Shown piece after piece: positions 45,593 to 54,680 of a DNA stretch of 64,000 nucleotides. Position numbers and translations under genes: made by a program. The DNA is from Desulfuromusa sp. (GTDB taxonomy: Bacteria; Desulfobacterota; Desulfuromonadia; Desulfuromonadales; Geopsychrobacteraceae). Each line of letters opens with the position of its first letter. The first letter of the stretch is position 1. The notes below the pieces were generated by a model. That model did no database searches, was not told the DNA's origin, and saw only the letters and a list, made by a program, of their open reading frames with translations. The stretch is taken from positions 193-64,192 of the forward strand of contig JAQIBX010000178.1 of the NCBI GenBank assembly GCA_027858895.1. The letters are read 5' to 3'.

Positions 45593-46714
45593 ATGAAACT
45601 GTTTTTTTTGCTATTCCTGGCCACCTATGGTGGCATGCATGCCTTGGTCTTCTGGGGCTTTCACCCTCTACTCAAGGGACACCCGGCCCTTCCGTCTTTG
45701 ACCTGGATCTGGATGGTGGGGATGATCGCTGCTCCCCTGCTGGTCAGACTCTGTGATCGATCCGGATTAGAAGCCTTGGCTCGTGGTCTCGCCTGGGTTA
45801 GTTATAGCTGGATGGGGGTGGTTTTTATCGCCTTCAGTCTGTTTACCTTGGTCGGGCTCTGGGAGTTGATGGTTCGCTTGGCGAACCGGCTGTTGCCGCA
45901 ACTGCCGAACCTTTCCCTGCACGGAGCAGTGACGGCGACCGTGGTTCTGTTTGTCGTTATTGCTGCCAGCTTTTATGGAATCTACGAAGCGAACAACCTG
46001 CGGATCGAGCGGATACGAATTGTTACCCCGCGACTGCCATCCGGCACAGCACCGATCCGCATTGCACAAGTTTCTGACCTCCATCTCGGGTTGATTCATC
46101 GGGACGAGGCCTTGGCACCAATTGTCAGCCGACTTCAGGATCTTCAGCCCGATCTGCTGGTTGCCACCGGGGATATCGTCGATGCTCAACTTAACCACTT
46201 GGATGAGCTGGTGGAACTCTGGCAGCGCATTGATCCACCGCTCGGCAAATATGCTGTCACAGGCAATCATGAATATTATGCAGGTCTTGATCAGGCGCTA
46301 GATTTTCTGCGCCGCAGTGGCTTTAAGGTGTTGCGCAACCGCGATATGAAGGTCGGGGAGTGGCTCAAGGTGGTCGGGGTTGATGATCCGGCGCGGCGCG
46401 GCATCCCCGATGAAGACGGGGCATTAGGTGAACGTTCAGAACTGTTCACCTTACTGCTTAAACATCGCCCGGACTTTGTAGAGACCTCACTGGGAAAATT
46501 CGACCTGCAGCTCTCGGGGCATGCTCACCGAGGTCAGATGTTTCCATTCAACCTGCTGACCGCCATTAAGCACCCGCGGCAGAACGGTCTCTACCCGTTA
46601 GCAAGCGGCCAGGACCTCTACGTAAGCCGTGGCACCGGCACTTGGGGCCCACCGATGCGGATTCTTTCGCCACCGGAGATAACTCTGTTCGAAATTGTTC
46701 CAGAAACGCCCTGA
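45593..46714 (+). CDS. Membrane-anchored metallophosphoesterase
   Basis: About 4 N-terminal TM helices, then the motifs DLHLG, GDIVD, GNHEYY and GHAHRG. Confidence 0.8.
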   Translation: MKLFFLLFLATYGGMHALVFWGFHPLLKGHPALPSLTWIWMVGMIAAPLLVRLCDRSGLEALARGLAWVSYSWMGVVFIAFSLFTLVGLWELMVRLANRLLPQLPNLSLHGAVTATVVLFVVIAASFYGIYEANNLRIERIRIVTPRLPSGTAPIRIAQVSDLHLGLIHRDEALAPIVSRLQDLQPDLLVATGDIVDAQLNHLDELVELWQRIDPPLGKYAVTGNHEYYAGLDQALDFLRRSGFKVLRNRDMKVGEWLKVVGVDDPARRGIPDEDGALGERSELFTLLLKHRPDFVETSLGKFDLQLSGHAHRGQMFPFNLLTAIKHPRQNGLYPLASGQDLYVSRGTGTWGPPMRILSPPEITLFEIVPETP

Positions 46715-46735
46715 TCCTTCCAAGGACAGTCACAA

Positions 46736-46777
46736 ACCTGAAAAGGCCCCGATCTTATGATCGAGGCCTTTTCAGGT
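46736..46777. terminator. Bidirectional terminator hairpin between convergent genes
   Basis: acctgaaaaggcc...ggccttttcaggt is a 13-bp outer stem with an inner cgatc/gatcg stem. Confidence 0.65.
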
Positions 46778-46799
46778 TTAGCGTTAGAGGAAGGGGATA

Positions 46800-49244
46800 C
46801 TAAAGCTTTTCTTCCATATCCAAACGGAAAAAATCTCGCGCTTTTAGTTGTTTATCGCTACTCATTCTGGTAGGAGCGGTGCCTGGGGCAAAGACTTCGA
46901 AATAAGCCAGTTCGCTGTCGTCTGCCAGAAGCAGCCCATTCTCCTTGTCGATTGGATGAAACTCAATACTATCGGGAACATGAAAATTTTCCACCGGGTA
47001 TTGTTTGGCGGCTTCTTTCATAAAGTCAACCCAGGCAGGTGCTGCAGCTCGCGAGCCGGTCTCACTTTTTCCCAGTGGCCGTTCCTGATCGTAGCCGACC
47101 CAGGAAACACAGGCAAGTTGCGGGATAAAACCAATATACCAGGCATCTTTCAAGTCGTTGGTGGTACCGGTTTTCCCCGCTGAAGGACGCTTAATTGCCT
47201 TGGCTCGCCAGCCGGTTCCTTCCCTGACGACGCTTTCCATGATATTGGTGATCAGGTATGCAGTTTCCGGTGAGATCACCCGCCGTGGTGGCTTACGGAT
47301 CAGGTGCTGATCAGCTGCCATGCCATTGACAAAGTCAGCTGGATCGATCGATTCCAGAATCCGACCGTTTCTGTCACGAATTCTCGTGATATAGGTTGGT
47401 GGTACCAGCACCCCCCCGTTAGCAAAAACAGTATAAGCTGTCAGCAGCTCCAGTGGAGTGATGGCAGTTGATCCAAGAGCCATGGACAGATCTCTCTGTT
47501 GAGGCGTTTCAACACCAAGTTTTTTGATATAGTTAGCTGCATAGTTGACCCCGATATCTTCCAGAATTTTGATCGTCACGACATTGCGTGAATGAGCCAA
47601 CGCATAACGGAACCGGGTCGGACCGTAGAACTTTTCTTCGTAGTTTCTTGGTTTCCATTCTTCCAGCTTACCGGTGTCAATTTGTCTGTTTTCGTAGATC
47701 AGTGGCGTATCGAGAATAATGCTGGCAGGGGTATAGCCGCGATCAAGAGCAGCGGCGTAAATCAGCGGTTTAATGGCAGAGCCGGGCAGGCGTTTGGATT
47801 GAATTGCGCGGTTGAACTGACTTTCTTTGAAATCATAACCACCAACCATTGCCTTGATTTGTCCACTAAAGGGGTCGATGGCGACCAACGCTCCCTGTGC
47901 AAGTGGCGCTTGCTCCAGGCTGAGCTTTATCACCTTGGGTTCTAGATCAAGAACTTTGACGTCAATCAGTGAGCCAAGGGGGAACAGAGTCAGTTTCTTC
48001 TCGCCGGCATTGCCAAGGGGTTCGACAGAATCATCGACAAATTTGATTGGTGCTGCCCATTTTGATTCCTTGATCGAAATGGCACCCTGTTTTTCACCAA
48101 TCTTGCAAAGGAGTAGATCCCCTTCTTGTCCGACAATGATCGCTTGCGTGAAGCTGCCATTGGTTAAAGGCTCATCGGTAAATTGCTCCATTTGATTGGT
48201 TAAAAATTCTTCAGTTGCCGTTTCATCAAGAACTTGCTGTGCACCACGGTAGCCACGACGTTTGTCGTGGTTCTGCAAATTATTTTTAACTGCCTGGCGG
48301 GCCACCTGTTGCATCGGCAGATTGATACTGGTTTCAACCTGTAAACCGCCATTATAAAGGAGCTCTTCACCGAAGCGTTCTTCCAGGTAGCGGCGAACCT
48401 GTTCATTGAAGTAAGCAGTGACCTCTAGCAGGTTGTTCAGGCGCGGCTTAATAGCGACTTCTTCCTGAGCTGCCTGGCTATATTCCTCCGGGGTAATGAA
48501 ACCTTCTTCTACCATCCGGCCAAGAACATATTTCTGCCGTTTCATGGCGAGCTCGTAATTGCGATAGGGAGAGTAACGGCTGGGAGCCTGTGGTAATCCC
48601 GCAAGAATAGCCGATTCCGCCAAGGTCAATTCCTCGACATTTTTATCGAAATAGTTTTCCGATGCCGCTTCGACGCCGTAGGCTCGATGGCCAAGATAGA
48701 TCTGATTCAAGTAAAGATAGAGAATATCCTGTTTAGTCAGAGTTTTTTCCATCCGCCAGGCAAGGATTGCTTCTTTAAATTTGCGGGTGAAGGTTCGCTC
48801 TGAGGTCAATAACAACTTTTTTGCAACCTGCTGGGTGATAGTGCTGCCACCCTGAGCAATGCCACCGGCTTTGACATTTTTTAGTGCTGCCCGCAGGATC
48901 GAGATAAAATCGATTCCCTGATGCTTGAAGAAGCTTGAATCTTCGGCCGCAACAAAGGCTTGCACCAGCTGTTTAGGCATCTTTTCGTAGGGCACTAAAA
49001 TACGCCGTTCACGGGAATATTCAGCGATGATAGAACCGTCATCGGCGAAGATACTGGTAATCAGTGGAGGCTGATAATCGGATAGGGTTTCAACCTTTGG
49101 CAGGGTTGTCGAGACGTAAAAATAAGCGCCGACCAAGAGCGCAGCACCAAGCAGGGGCATGCCTAGCAGGAAGAATAAAATATATTTCAAGGAGTGATTC
49201 ATTTTATCTTTTAAGTCGAAAAAGGATAAGTTTTGTTTGAGCAT
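46800..49244 (-). CDS. mrcA: Penicillin-binding protein 1A (bifunctional transglycosylase/transpeptidase)
   Basis: Glycosyltransferase motifs EDSSFFKHQGID and RKFKE, and transpeptidase motifs SAIKP, SRN and KTGTT. An alternative start lies at 49202. Confidence 0.92.
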   Translation of the reverse strand: MLKQNLSFFDLKDKMNHSLKYILFFLLGMPLLGAALLVGAYFYVSTTLPKVETLSDYQPPLITSIFADDGSIIAEYSRERRILVPYEKMPKQLVQAFVAAEDSSFFKHQGIDFISILRAALKNVKAGGIAQGGSTITQQVAKKLLLTSERTFTRKFKEAILAWRMEKTLTKQDILYLYLNQIYLGHRAYGVEAASENYFDKNVEELTLAESAILAGLPQAPSRYSPYRNYELAMKRQKYVLGRMVEEGFITPEEYSQAAQEEVAIKPRLNNLLEVTAYFNEQVRRYLEERFGEELLYNGGLQVETSINLPMQQVARQAVKNNLQNHDKRRGYRGAQQVLDETATEEFLTNQMEQFTDEPLTNGSFTQAIIVGQEGDLLLCKIGEKQGAISIKESKWAAPIKFVDDSVEPLGNAGEKKLTLFPLGSLIDVKVLDLEPKVIKLSLEQAPLAQGALVAIDPFSGQIKAMVGGYDFKESQFNRAIQSKRLPGSAIKPLIYAAALDRGYTPASIILDTPLIYENRQIDTGKLEEWKPRNYEEKFYGPTRFRYALAHSRNVVTIKILEDIGVNYAANYIKKLGVETPQQRDLSMALGSTAITPLELLTAYTVFANGGVLVPPTYITRIRDRNGRILESIDPADFVNGMAADQHLIRKPPRRVISPETAYLITNIMESVVREGTGWRAKAIKRPSAGKTGTTNDLKDAWYIGFIPQLACVSWVGYDQERPLGKSETGSRAAAPAWVDFMKEAAKQYPVENFHVPDSIEFHPIDKENGLLLADDSELAYFEVFAPGTAPTRMSSDKQLKARDFFRLDMEEKL

Positions 49245-49400
49245 TGTGCCAATGCTGAATAATTATTGGATTTATAACACGCAGCTGGTGTTGGAGCAAT
49301 AGATTGCGGGCTTGACCGAACTTAAATGTTCAGCCTATTCTCCCTCTACTAATTATCTCTACAATTGAAGGCGTGATGAATTTATGAAAGAAGGTTGGCA

Positions 49401-50075
49401 ATGAAAAAAGCGGTCATTCTCTATAGCGGTGGTCTCGATTCGACTACCTGTATGGCAATTGCTCGCGATCAGGGTTTTGTGCCCTATGCTCTCAGTTTTG
49501 CCTATGGCCAACGACATACGATCGAACTGGAAAAAGCTCGTGACTATGCTCCATTGATCGGGGCTATAGAGCACATGGTGATTGATATCGACCTTCGCAA
49601 AATGGGTGGAAGTGCCCTGACTGCAGACATTGATGTGCCTAAAAATGGGTTAGCAGAGGGTGAAATCCCGATCACTTATGTTCCTGCTCGCAATACAATC
49701 TTCCTCTCGTTTGCTCTTGGTTGGGCCGAGGTTCTCGGCGCTTCGGATATTTATATCGGTGTCAACGCCCTCGATTACTCCGGTTATCCCGATTGCCGTC
49801 CCGAATTTATTCAGGCTTTTGAACAAATGGCGAACCTGGCAACCAAAGCTGGGGTTGAGGGGTGCCCCTATCACATCCATGCGCCCTTGCTCAATTTGAC
49901 CAAAGCACAAATTATTCAACAAGGGCTGGCGCTGGGGGTCGATTATCATCTCACCCATTCTTGCTATGATCCCACGCCGGAAGGTCTATCCTGCGGCTTG
50001 TGTGATTCCTGCCGACTGCGTTTGCAGGGTTTTGCTGCTGCAGGACAGGAGGATCCGATTCCCTATGCCTCATGA
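49401..50075 (+). CDS. queC: 7-cyano-7-deazaguanine synthase
   Basis: PP-loop SGGLDSTT and a C-terminal Zn-binding cluster (CGLCDSC). The start was taken at ATG 49401. Confidence 0.92.
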   Translation: MKKAVILYSGGLDSTTCMAIARDQGFVPYALSFAYGQRHTIELEKARDYAPLIGAIEHMVIDIDLRKMGGSALTADIDVPKNGLAEGEIPITYVPARNTIFLSFALGWAEVLGASDIYIGVNALDYSGYPDCRPEFIQAFEQMANLATKAGVEGCPYHIHAPLLNLTKAQIIQQGLALGVDYHLTHSCYDPTPEGLSCGLCDSCRLRLQGFAAAGQEDPIPYAS

Positions 50076-50862
50076 TGAAAAAAAACTGTTGATGGCCGAT
50101 ATGCAGCAGAGTCGGGATACGCGCAATATCGCAATCGATAAAGTCGGTGTGAAAGATATCCGCTATCCGATCGTGGTGCTTGATAAACATCGTGAACAGC
50201 AGCATACGGTAGCCAAGATCAATATGTTTGTGGATCTCCCCGAGCATTTTAAGGGGACTCATATGAGTCGTTTTATTGAAGTGCTTAACCTTTATCATGG
50301 CGCAATCAGCGTTGAAAACATGGAAACCATCCTTGCTGAAATGAAATCCCGCTTAGGCTCTGCCCGGGCACACTTAGAGCTTGATTTCCCCTATTTTATT
50401 GAAAAACAGGCCCCAGTGTCTGGTGCTCGTAGTTTGCTGGAATATCAATGTCGTATGATTGGTACGCAGGCGGAAAATTTTGATTTTATCCTCGAGGCGA
50501 GCGTCCCCGTAACATCTCTATGCCCCTGTTCCAAGGAGATTAGCGAGCGTGGTGCCCATAATCAGCGTAGCATTGTGACTGTACAGATCAGATACTCCGA
50601 GCATGTCTGGTTGGAGGATCTGATTCAGTGGGTCGAAGAATGTGCCAGCTGCCAGGTTTATGCGCTGCTTAAGCGTGAGGATGAAAAGGCGGTGACAGAA
50701 CAAGCCTATGACAACCCAATGTTTGTTGAGGATATGGTGCGTGCGGTCACCGAAAAGTTGTGTGCTGTCGAACAAATCAGCTGGTTCAAGATTCAATGTG
50801 AGAATTTCGAATCGATCCACAATCATTCTGCTTACGCCATGATTGAGGGGCGAAACACCTAG
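50065..50862 (+). CDS. folE2: GTP cyclohydrolase FolE2 (type IB)
   Basis: Contains [15 protein letters not shown] and FKGTHMSRF. The start at MPHDEKK (50065) overlaps the queC stop by 11 nt. Confidence 0.85.
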   Translation: MPHDEKKLLMADMQQSRDTRNIAIDKVGVKDIRYPIVVLDKHREQQHTVAKINMFVDLPEHFKGTHMSRFIEVLNLYHGAISVENMETILAEMKSRLGSARAHLELDFPYFIEKQAPVSGARSLLEYQCRMIGTQAENFDFILEASVPVTSLCPCSKEISERGAHNQRSIVTVQIRYSEHVWLEDLIQWVEECASCQVYALLKREDEKAVTEQAYDNPMFVEDMVRAVTEKLCAVEQISWFKIQCENFESIHNHSAYAMIEGRNT

Positions 50863-50863
50863 A

Positions 50864-50893
50864 CGTGGATAACCCTGTGGATAAAGTGGATAA
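50864..50893 (-). promoter_or_regulatory. Cluster of three same-orientation DnaA boxes
   Basis: CGTGGATAA (50864), TGTGGATAA (50876, perfect) and AGTGGATAA (50885) are reverse complements of TTATCCAC[G/A/T]. A weaker TGTGGATGG lies at 51067-51075. Confidence 0.6.
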
Positions 50894-51036
50894 CTCTCGA
50901 CAGAAACAGGGCAAAAAGCAGAAAAGTAGAAATATCGAAGGGCGTCAATTAATTTGAAAGCCTTTTATAAGTAGTCCTTGTGCCGTCAAATTTCTCAAGA
51001 GTTTGTTGTCGGTCGGGGCTGATCCCAGTCTATCCC

Positions 51037-51065
51037 TTGACTTGTTTTGACAGCTACCGGATAAT
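51037..51065 (+). promoter_or_regulatory. Candidate sigma-70 promoter upstream of tolQ
   Basis: TTGACT, a 17-nt spacer, then GATAAT. It is immediately followed by a DnaA-box-like TGTGGATGG. Confidence 0.35.
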
Positions 51066-51263
51066 CTGTGGATGGCGTGGTCAAATGTGACGTCAGGTGT
51101 CGCAGCAGTTTTTCAGGGCTTTGACGCACCATGTATGCCTTCAGCTCCTAGACTGCTATGACGCCTTGTGGGCAGGAAATGTTCCTTAGCCGATATGTTT
51201 TTTTTGCTGATGATTTAAATTATACTGGGCAGTTTTACTGCCCCTTCTAAAAGGAGAAAGCTT

Positions 51264-51941
51264 TTGCTGGATCTGGTATTTAACGCCGGGCCGGTTGTCA
51301 AACTGGTTCTGCTCATTCTGGTCTATTTTTCGCTCGTATCTTGGGCAATTATCTTTTACAAGGTTTCAGTCATTCAGCGAGCGATCGCAGAATCGGATCG
51401 TTTTCTCGATTTTTTCTGGGCGAAAAAGCGCTTTGATCTGGTCGGGCAGGGAATCAAGGAGTTCAGCCACTCACCGATCGCCAATCTGTTCCGCGAGGGT
51501 TATCATGAGATGCTGCAATTTAAAAAGAAAAATTTGGATCCGACCGAACCGGGTGATTTTTCTTTAAAAATGGATACAACGGAGATGGTGGGTCGAGCAT
51601 TGCGACGTGCCACAACCCAAGAGACGCAACGGTTGGAAAAATATCTGACTTTCTTGGCGACAACTGGTTCTATCGCTCCCTTTATCGGTCTGTTCGGAAC
51701 CGTCTGGGGAATTATGGATGCTTTTCAAGGTATCGGAACGACTGGCAGTGCATCGCTTGCCGTTGTTGCTCCAGGTATTTCCGAAGCTTTAATTGCGACC
51801 GCGATGGGTTTGGCAGCAGCGATTCCAGCCGTTATGGGCTATAACCATTTTCTCAACAAGGTTAACATTCTGATTGGTGAGATGGATAACTTCAGTCAGG
51901 AGCTTCTGAATATCGTTGAGCGGATGGAGCGGGGAAACTAG
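51264..51941 (+). CDS. tolQ: Tol-Pal system protein TolQ (MotA/TolQ/ExbB family)
   Basis: 225 aa with 3 TM helices, a TTG start, and the motif APGISEALIATAMGL. Confidence 0.9.
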   Translation: MLDLVFNAGPVVKLVLLILVYFSLVSWAIIFYKVSVIQRAIAESDRFLDFFWAKKRFDLVGQGIKEFSHSPIANLFREGYHEMLQFKKKNLDPTEPGDFSLKMDTTEMVGRALRRATTQETQRLEKYLTFLATTGSIAPFIGLFGTVWGIMDAFQGIGTTGSASLAVVAPGISEALIATAMGLAAAIPAVMGYNHFLNKVNILIGEMDNFSQELLNIVERMERGN

Positions 51942-52364
51942 ATGGAAGCAGGACGCCCATCCAGTGGTCGACGCAGCAGCATGTCCCAGATCAACGTGAC
52001 TCCCTTTGTCGATGTCATGCTGGTGCTGTTGATTATCTTTATGGTTACGGCTCCGATGCTTGATCAGGGTGTCGAAGTTAACCTTCCCGAAGTAGCCGAA
52101 GCTCCAGGGTTGCCGGTACAGCAGGAACCATTAGTGGTGACGATAGAGAAGAGTGGTCAGATTTTGATCGGCAAGGCCAAGATTGATCAGCTGTCAAAAC
52201 TGGGACCAGTCATTCAGCAAGCGTTGAAGGGTAAGCCGGATCGCGAAGTTTTTCTGGAGGCGGATGAGAAAGTTGCCTACGGTCGAGTAGTGCAGGTGAT
52301 GGCGGCAGTGAAAAAAGCCGGGGTAGAAAAGCTCGGAATGGTGACCCGCCTCCCTGAGGAATAA
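51942..52364 (+). CDS. tolR: Tol-Pal system protein TolR (ExbD family)
   Basis: 140 aa with the motif INVTPFVDVMLVLLIIFMV. Confidence 0.9.
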   Translation: MEAGRPSSGRRSSMSQINVTPFVDVMLVLLIIFMVTAPMLDQGVEVNLPEVAEAPGLPVQQEPLVVTIEKSGQILIGKAKIDQLSKLGPVIQQALKGKPDREVFLEADEKVAYGRVVQVMAAVKKAGVEKLGMVTRLPEE

Positions 52365-52374
52365 CGGCTAACCC

Positions 52375-53259
52375 ATGGAATCTTCACGCAAACAACGCTG
52401 GCAGCAGCTGCAGTCAGTGTTTGAACCCGGTTTTAAGCAGATGCTGCTGGTTTCAATCCTGCTCCATTTGCTATTGCCGATTCTTTACTACGCCCCCTTT
52501 TTCCCCAAGCGTGAAATAGAGAAGCCACCGGTTTATCGGGTCAATCTGGTAAATAAAATAGTTAAGAATCCCCAGGCCGGGCGTCCTGAAGCTGCTCCGG
52601 TGACAAAAAAACCGGAAGTTAAGCCAAAACCCAAACCTAAACCCAAACCTAAACCCAAACCGGTGGTCAAGCCAATTCCAATTCCTCCAAAACCAGTGCC
52701 GGTTAAGCCAGAACCAAAGCCAAAGCCAGAACCAGAACCAAAAGCGGTAAAAGAAAAGCCGCAGCCTAAACCGAAACCGGCAGTTTCTAAGGCACAGGAA
52801 AATACTCTGCAGCAACGCTTGGACCAGCTTCGAGCAGCGCAGGATAAAAAAGCGAGTGAACAGGCCAGAAAAGACCGGATCGCAGCTCTGAAAGCAGATG
52901 CTCTTGCCGAAAGCAGCAATATTGAATCTCCAGTTGCCGAGGCACCGGTTGGTATGGCAGACGGCAAAGGTGATGAAGCAGGTGTCAGTGCTATTGCTTT
53001 TGTTCAAGAATTTATTCAACAGCAGTGGAGTTTTTCAAAGTATCAGGCCTCAGGAAACCCAGAAGCTGAGGTGAAGTTGTTTTATAATGCTGCTGGAACG
53101 TTGCTTCACTATAAATTTTTGAAACAGTCTGGGAACAGTGCTTTTGACGAGTCACTGACTCGGGCTATCACGAAATCTAAGCAATTGCCCCAGCCGCTTC
53201 CGCAATCAATGGAGTTTCATATTTTCTTCAATCTTAAGGATATGTTGGACAAGCCATGA
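52375..53259 (+). CDS. tolA: TolA-like protein (TM anchor, Lys/Pro-rich linker, TonB_C-like C-terminus)
   Basis: It occupies the tolA position between tolR and tolB and has the matching architecture. Confidence 0.8.
   Translation: MESSRKQRWQQLQSVFEPGFKQMLLVSILLHLLLPILYYAPFFPKREIEKPPVYRVNLVNKIVKNPQAGRPEAAPVTKKPEVKPKPKPKPKPKPKPVVKPIPIPPKPVPVKPEPKPKPEPEPKAVKEKPQPKPKPAVSKAQENTLQQRLDQLRAAQDKKASEQARKDRIAALKADALAESSNIESPVAEAPVGMADGKGDEAGVSAIAFVQEFIQQQWSFSKYQASGNPEAEVKLFYNAAGTLLHYKFLKQSGNSAFDESLTRAITKSKQLPQPLPQSMEFHIFFNLKDMLDKP
52605..52785 (+). repeat. Coding low-complexity (KP)n / (EP)n repeat inside tolA
   Basis: aaacc[c/t] hexamer repeats at 52621-52662 encode KPKPKPKPKPKPKP. The surrounding K/P/E-rich linker extends the tract. 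Confidence 0.8.
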
Positions 53260-54563
53260 GATATTTAAAAATAAGTTTTTTTAGCCTAATGATTCTATAT
53301 TTGCTCTGTTCAGCTGCAATTGCTGCCAGAATTGAAATCAGTGCCCCGGGGGAGCAAACAATTCCCCTTGCCATGACCCGTTTGTTGCCCATGGGTGTTG
53401 GAGCAGTGCAACCGGCAGTGGTGGAGGAGTTTCAGCAAGTGCTGCAAAGCGATCTTGACTTGTCTGGATTGTTCGATCTGGTCGATCCTGCTGCTTTTTT
53501 GAATGATGCAACAAAACTAGGACTGCGTAGAACAGATATAGATTTTAACCAGTGGCGGATGCTCGGATCTGAAGCGTTGATTAAAGGTGGCTATAGCGTT
53601 TCATCGGGACAACTGACGATTGAATTGCGACTGTTTGATGTGATAACCCATCGGCTGCTGACCGGGCGGCGCTATGTTGGGAAGTTGACCGATGTGCGTA
53701 AAATTGCCCATACCTTTGCCGATCAGGTGTTACTGAGTTTGACTGGCGAAATGGGCCCATTTTCTACTAAGATTGCCTATATCTCCAAGCGAACCGGCCG
53801 CAAAGAGCTTTATATGATGGATGTTGATGGGCATCAGCCGATCCGCATGACTGATCATCGCTCTATTGTTCTGAACCCCGACTTTTCGCCAACCCGGAAA
53901 GAATTGATTTTCACCTCCTACAATAAAGGCAATCCCGATCTCTATCGTAAGGAAATCTACACCGGGCGCGAATCGCGTTTGTCGCTCAAGCAAGGGCTTA
54001 ATATTGGCGGGCGCTACAGTCCAGATGGGCGGGAAATAGCAATCACACTGTCTAAGGATGAAAATTCGGAGATTTATCTGATTGGCACTGATGGGACAAT
54101 TCATCGACGCTTAACCAATCACTATAGTATCGATGTCGATCCAAGCTGGAGCCCAAAGGGAAACAAGATCGCATTTGTTTCTGATCGACGCGGGAATCCC
54201 AATATTTTTATTGTCGATATCCATACCCTTGGAGTGACCCGTTTGACCCATGAAGGAAAGTATAATGCAACTCCGGCCTGGAGTCCCAAAGGGGGACGAA
54301 TCGCTTATTCACGGATGGATAATGGTGTTTTTAATGTTTTTACTATTCGTGAGGATGGAACCGATGAGCGACAGTTGACTTTCGGCAAGGGCAGCAAAGA
54401 GCATCCGCGCTGGAGCCCGGATGGGCGGTTTTTGATCTATTCCAAGGATCTGAATGGGGGGGGAAGGTCGATCTGGATTATGCGGGCCGATGGGACTGGA
54501 GCTAAAAGAATTTCGGCTCGCGGTGGAAATGATTCCCATCCCGCTTGGTCGGGTCGCTGGTAG
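53256..54563 (+). CDS. tolB: Tol-Pal system beta-propeller protein TolB
   Basis: 435 aa with a signal peptide and repeated P.WSPDG/PAWSP blades. Confidence 0.93.
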   Translation: MRYLKISFFSLMILYLLCSAAIAARIEISAPGEQTIPLAMTRLLPMGVGAVQPAVVEEFQQVLQSDLDLSGLFDLVDPAAFLNDATKLGLRRTDIDFNQWRMLGSEALIKGGYSVSSGQLTIELRLFDVITHRLLTGRRYVGKLTDVRKIAHTFADQVLLSLTGEMGPFSTKIAYISKRTGRKELYMMDVDGHQPIRMTDHRSIVLNPDFSPTRKELIFTSYNKGNPDLYRKEIYTGRESRLSLKQGLNIGGRYSPDGREIAITLSKDENSEIYLIGTDGTIHRRLTNHYSIDVDPSWSPKGNKIAFVSDRRGNPNIFIVDIHTLGVTRLTHEGKYNATPAWSPKGGRIAYSRMDNGVFNVFTIREDGTDERQLTFGKGSKEHPRWSPDGRFLIYSKDLNGGGRSIWIMRADGTGAKRISARGGNDSHPAWSGRW

Positions 54564-54680
54564 CGTTCTTAATCTTCCTGTAAACGGGTGTTGTTTTTAT
54601 GTTGGGCTTCTGTATAATAGCCTTGATACTTTAGAAAACTGAACTTTAAATTTATCGCAAATGCGAAAGGAGTGATTTAC

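Noticed and set aside
51158-51250. 30-codon ORF (MTPCGQEMFLSRYVFFADDLNYTGQFYCPF) in the folE2-tolQ gap
   Set aside because: It has no Shine-Dalgarno sequence, and it overlaps a leader hairpin (51227-51243) that is better explained as tolQ 5'-UTR structure. It cannot be supported from sequence alone.
52621-52662. Regular short repeats that could suggest a CRISPR-like array
   Set aside because: The period is 6 nt with no spacers, and the repeats lie in frame inside tolA. It is a coding repeat, not a CRISPR.
52471-53019. Two long minus-strand ORFs (182 and 144 aa) inside tolA
   Set aside because: They are artefacts of the (KP)n low-complexity tract, which stays open in several frames.
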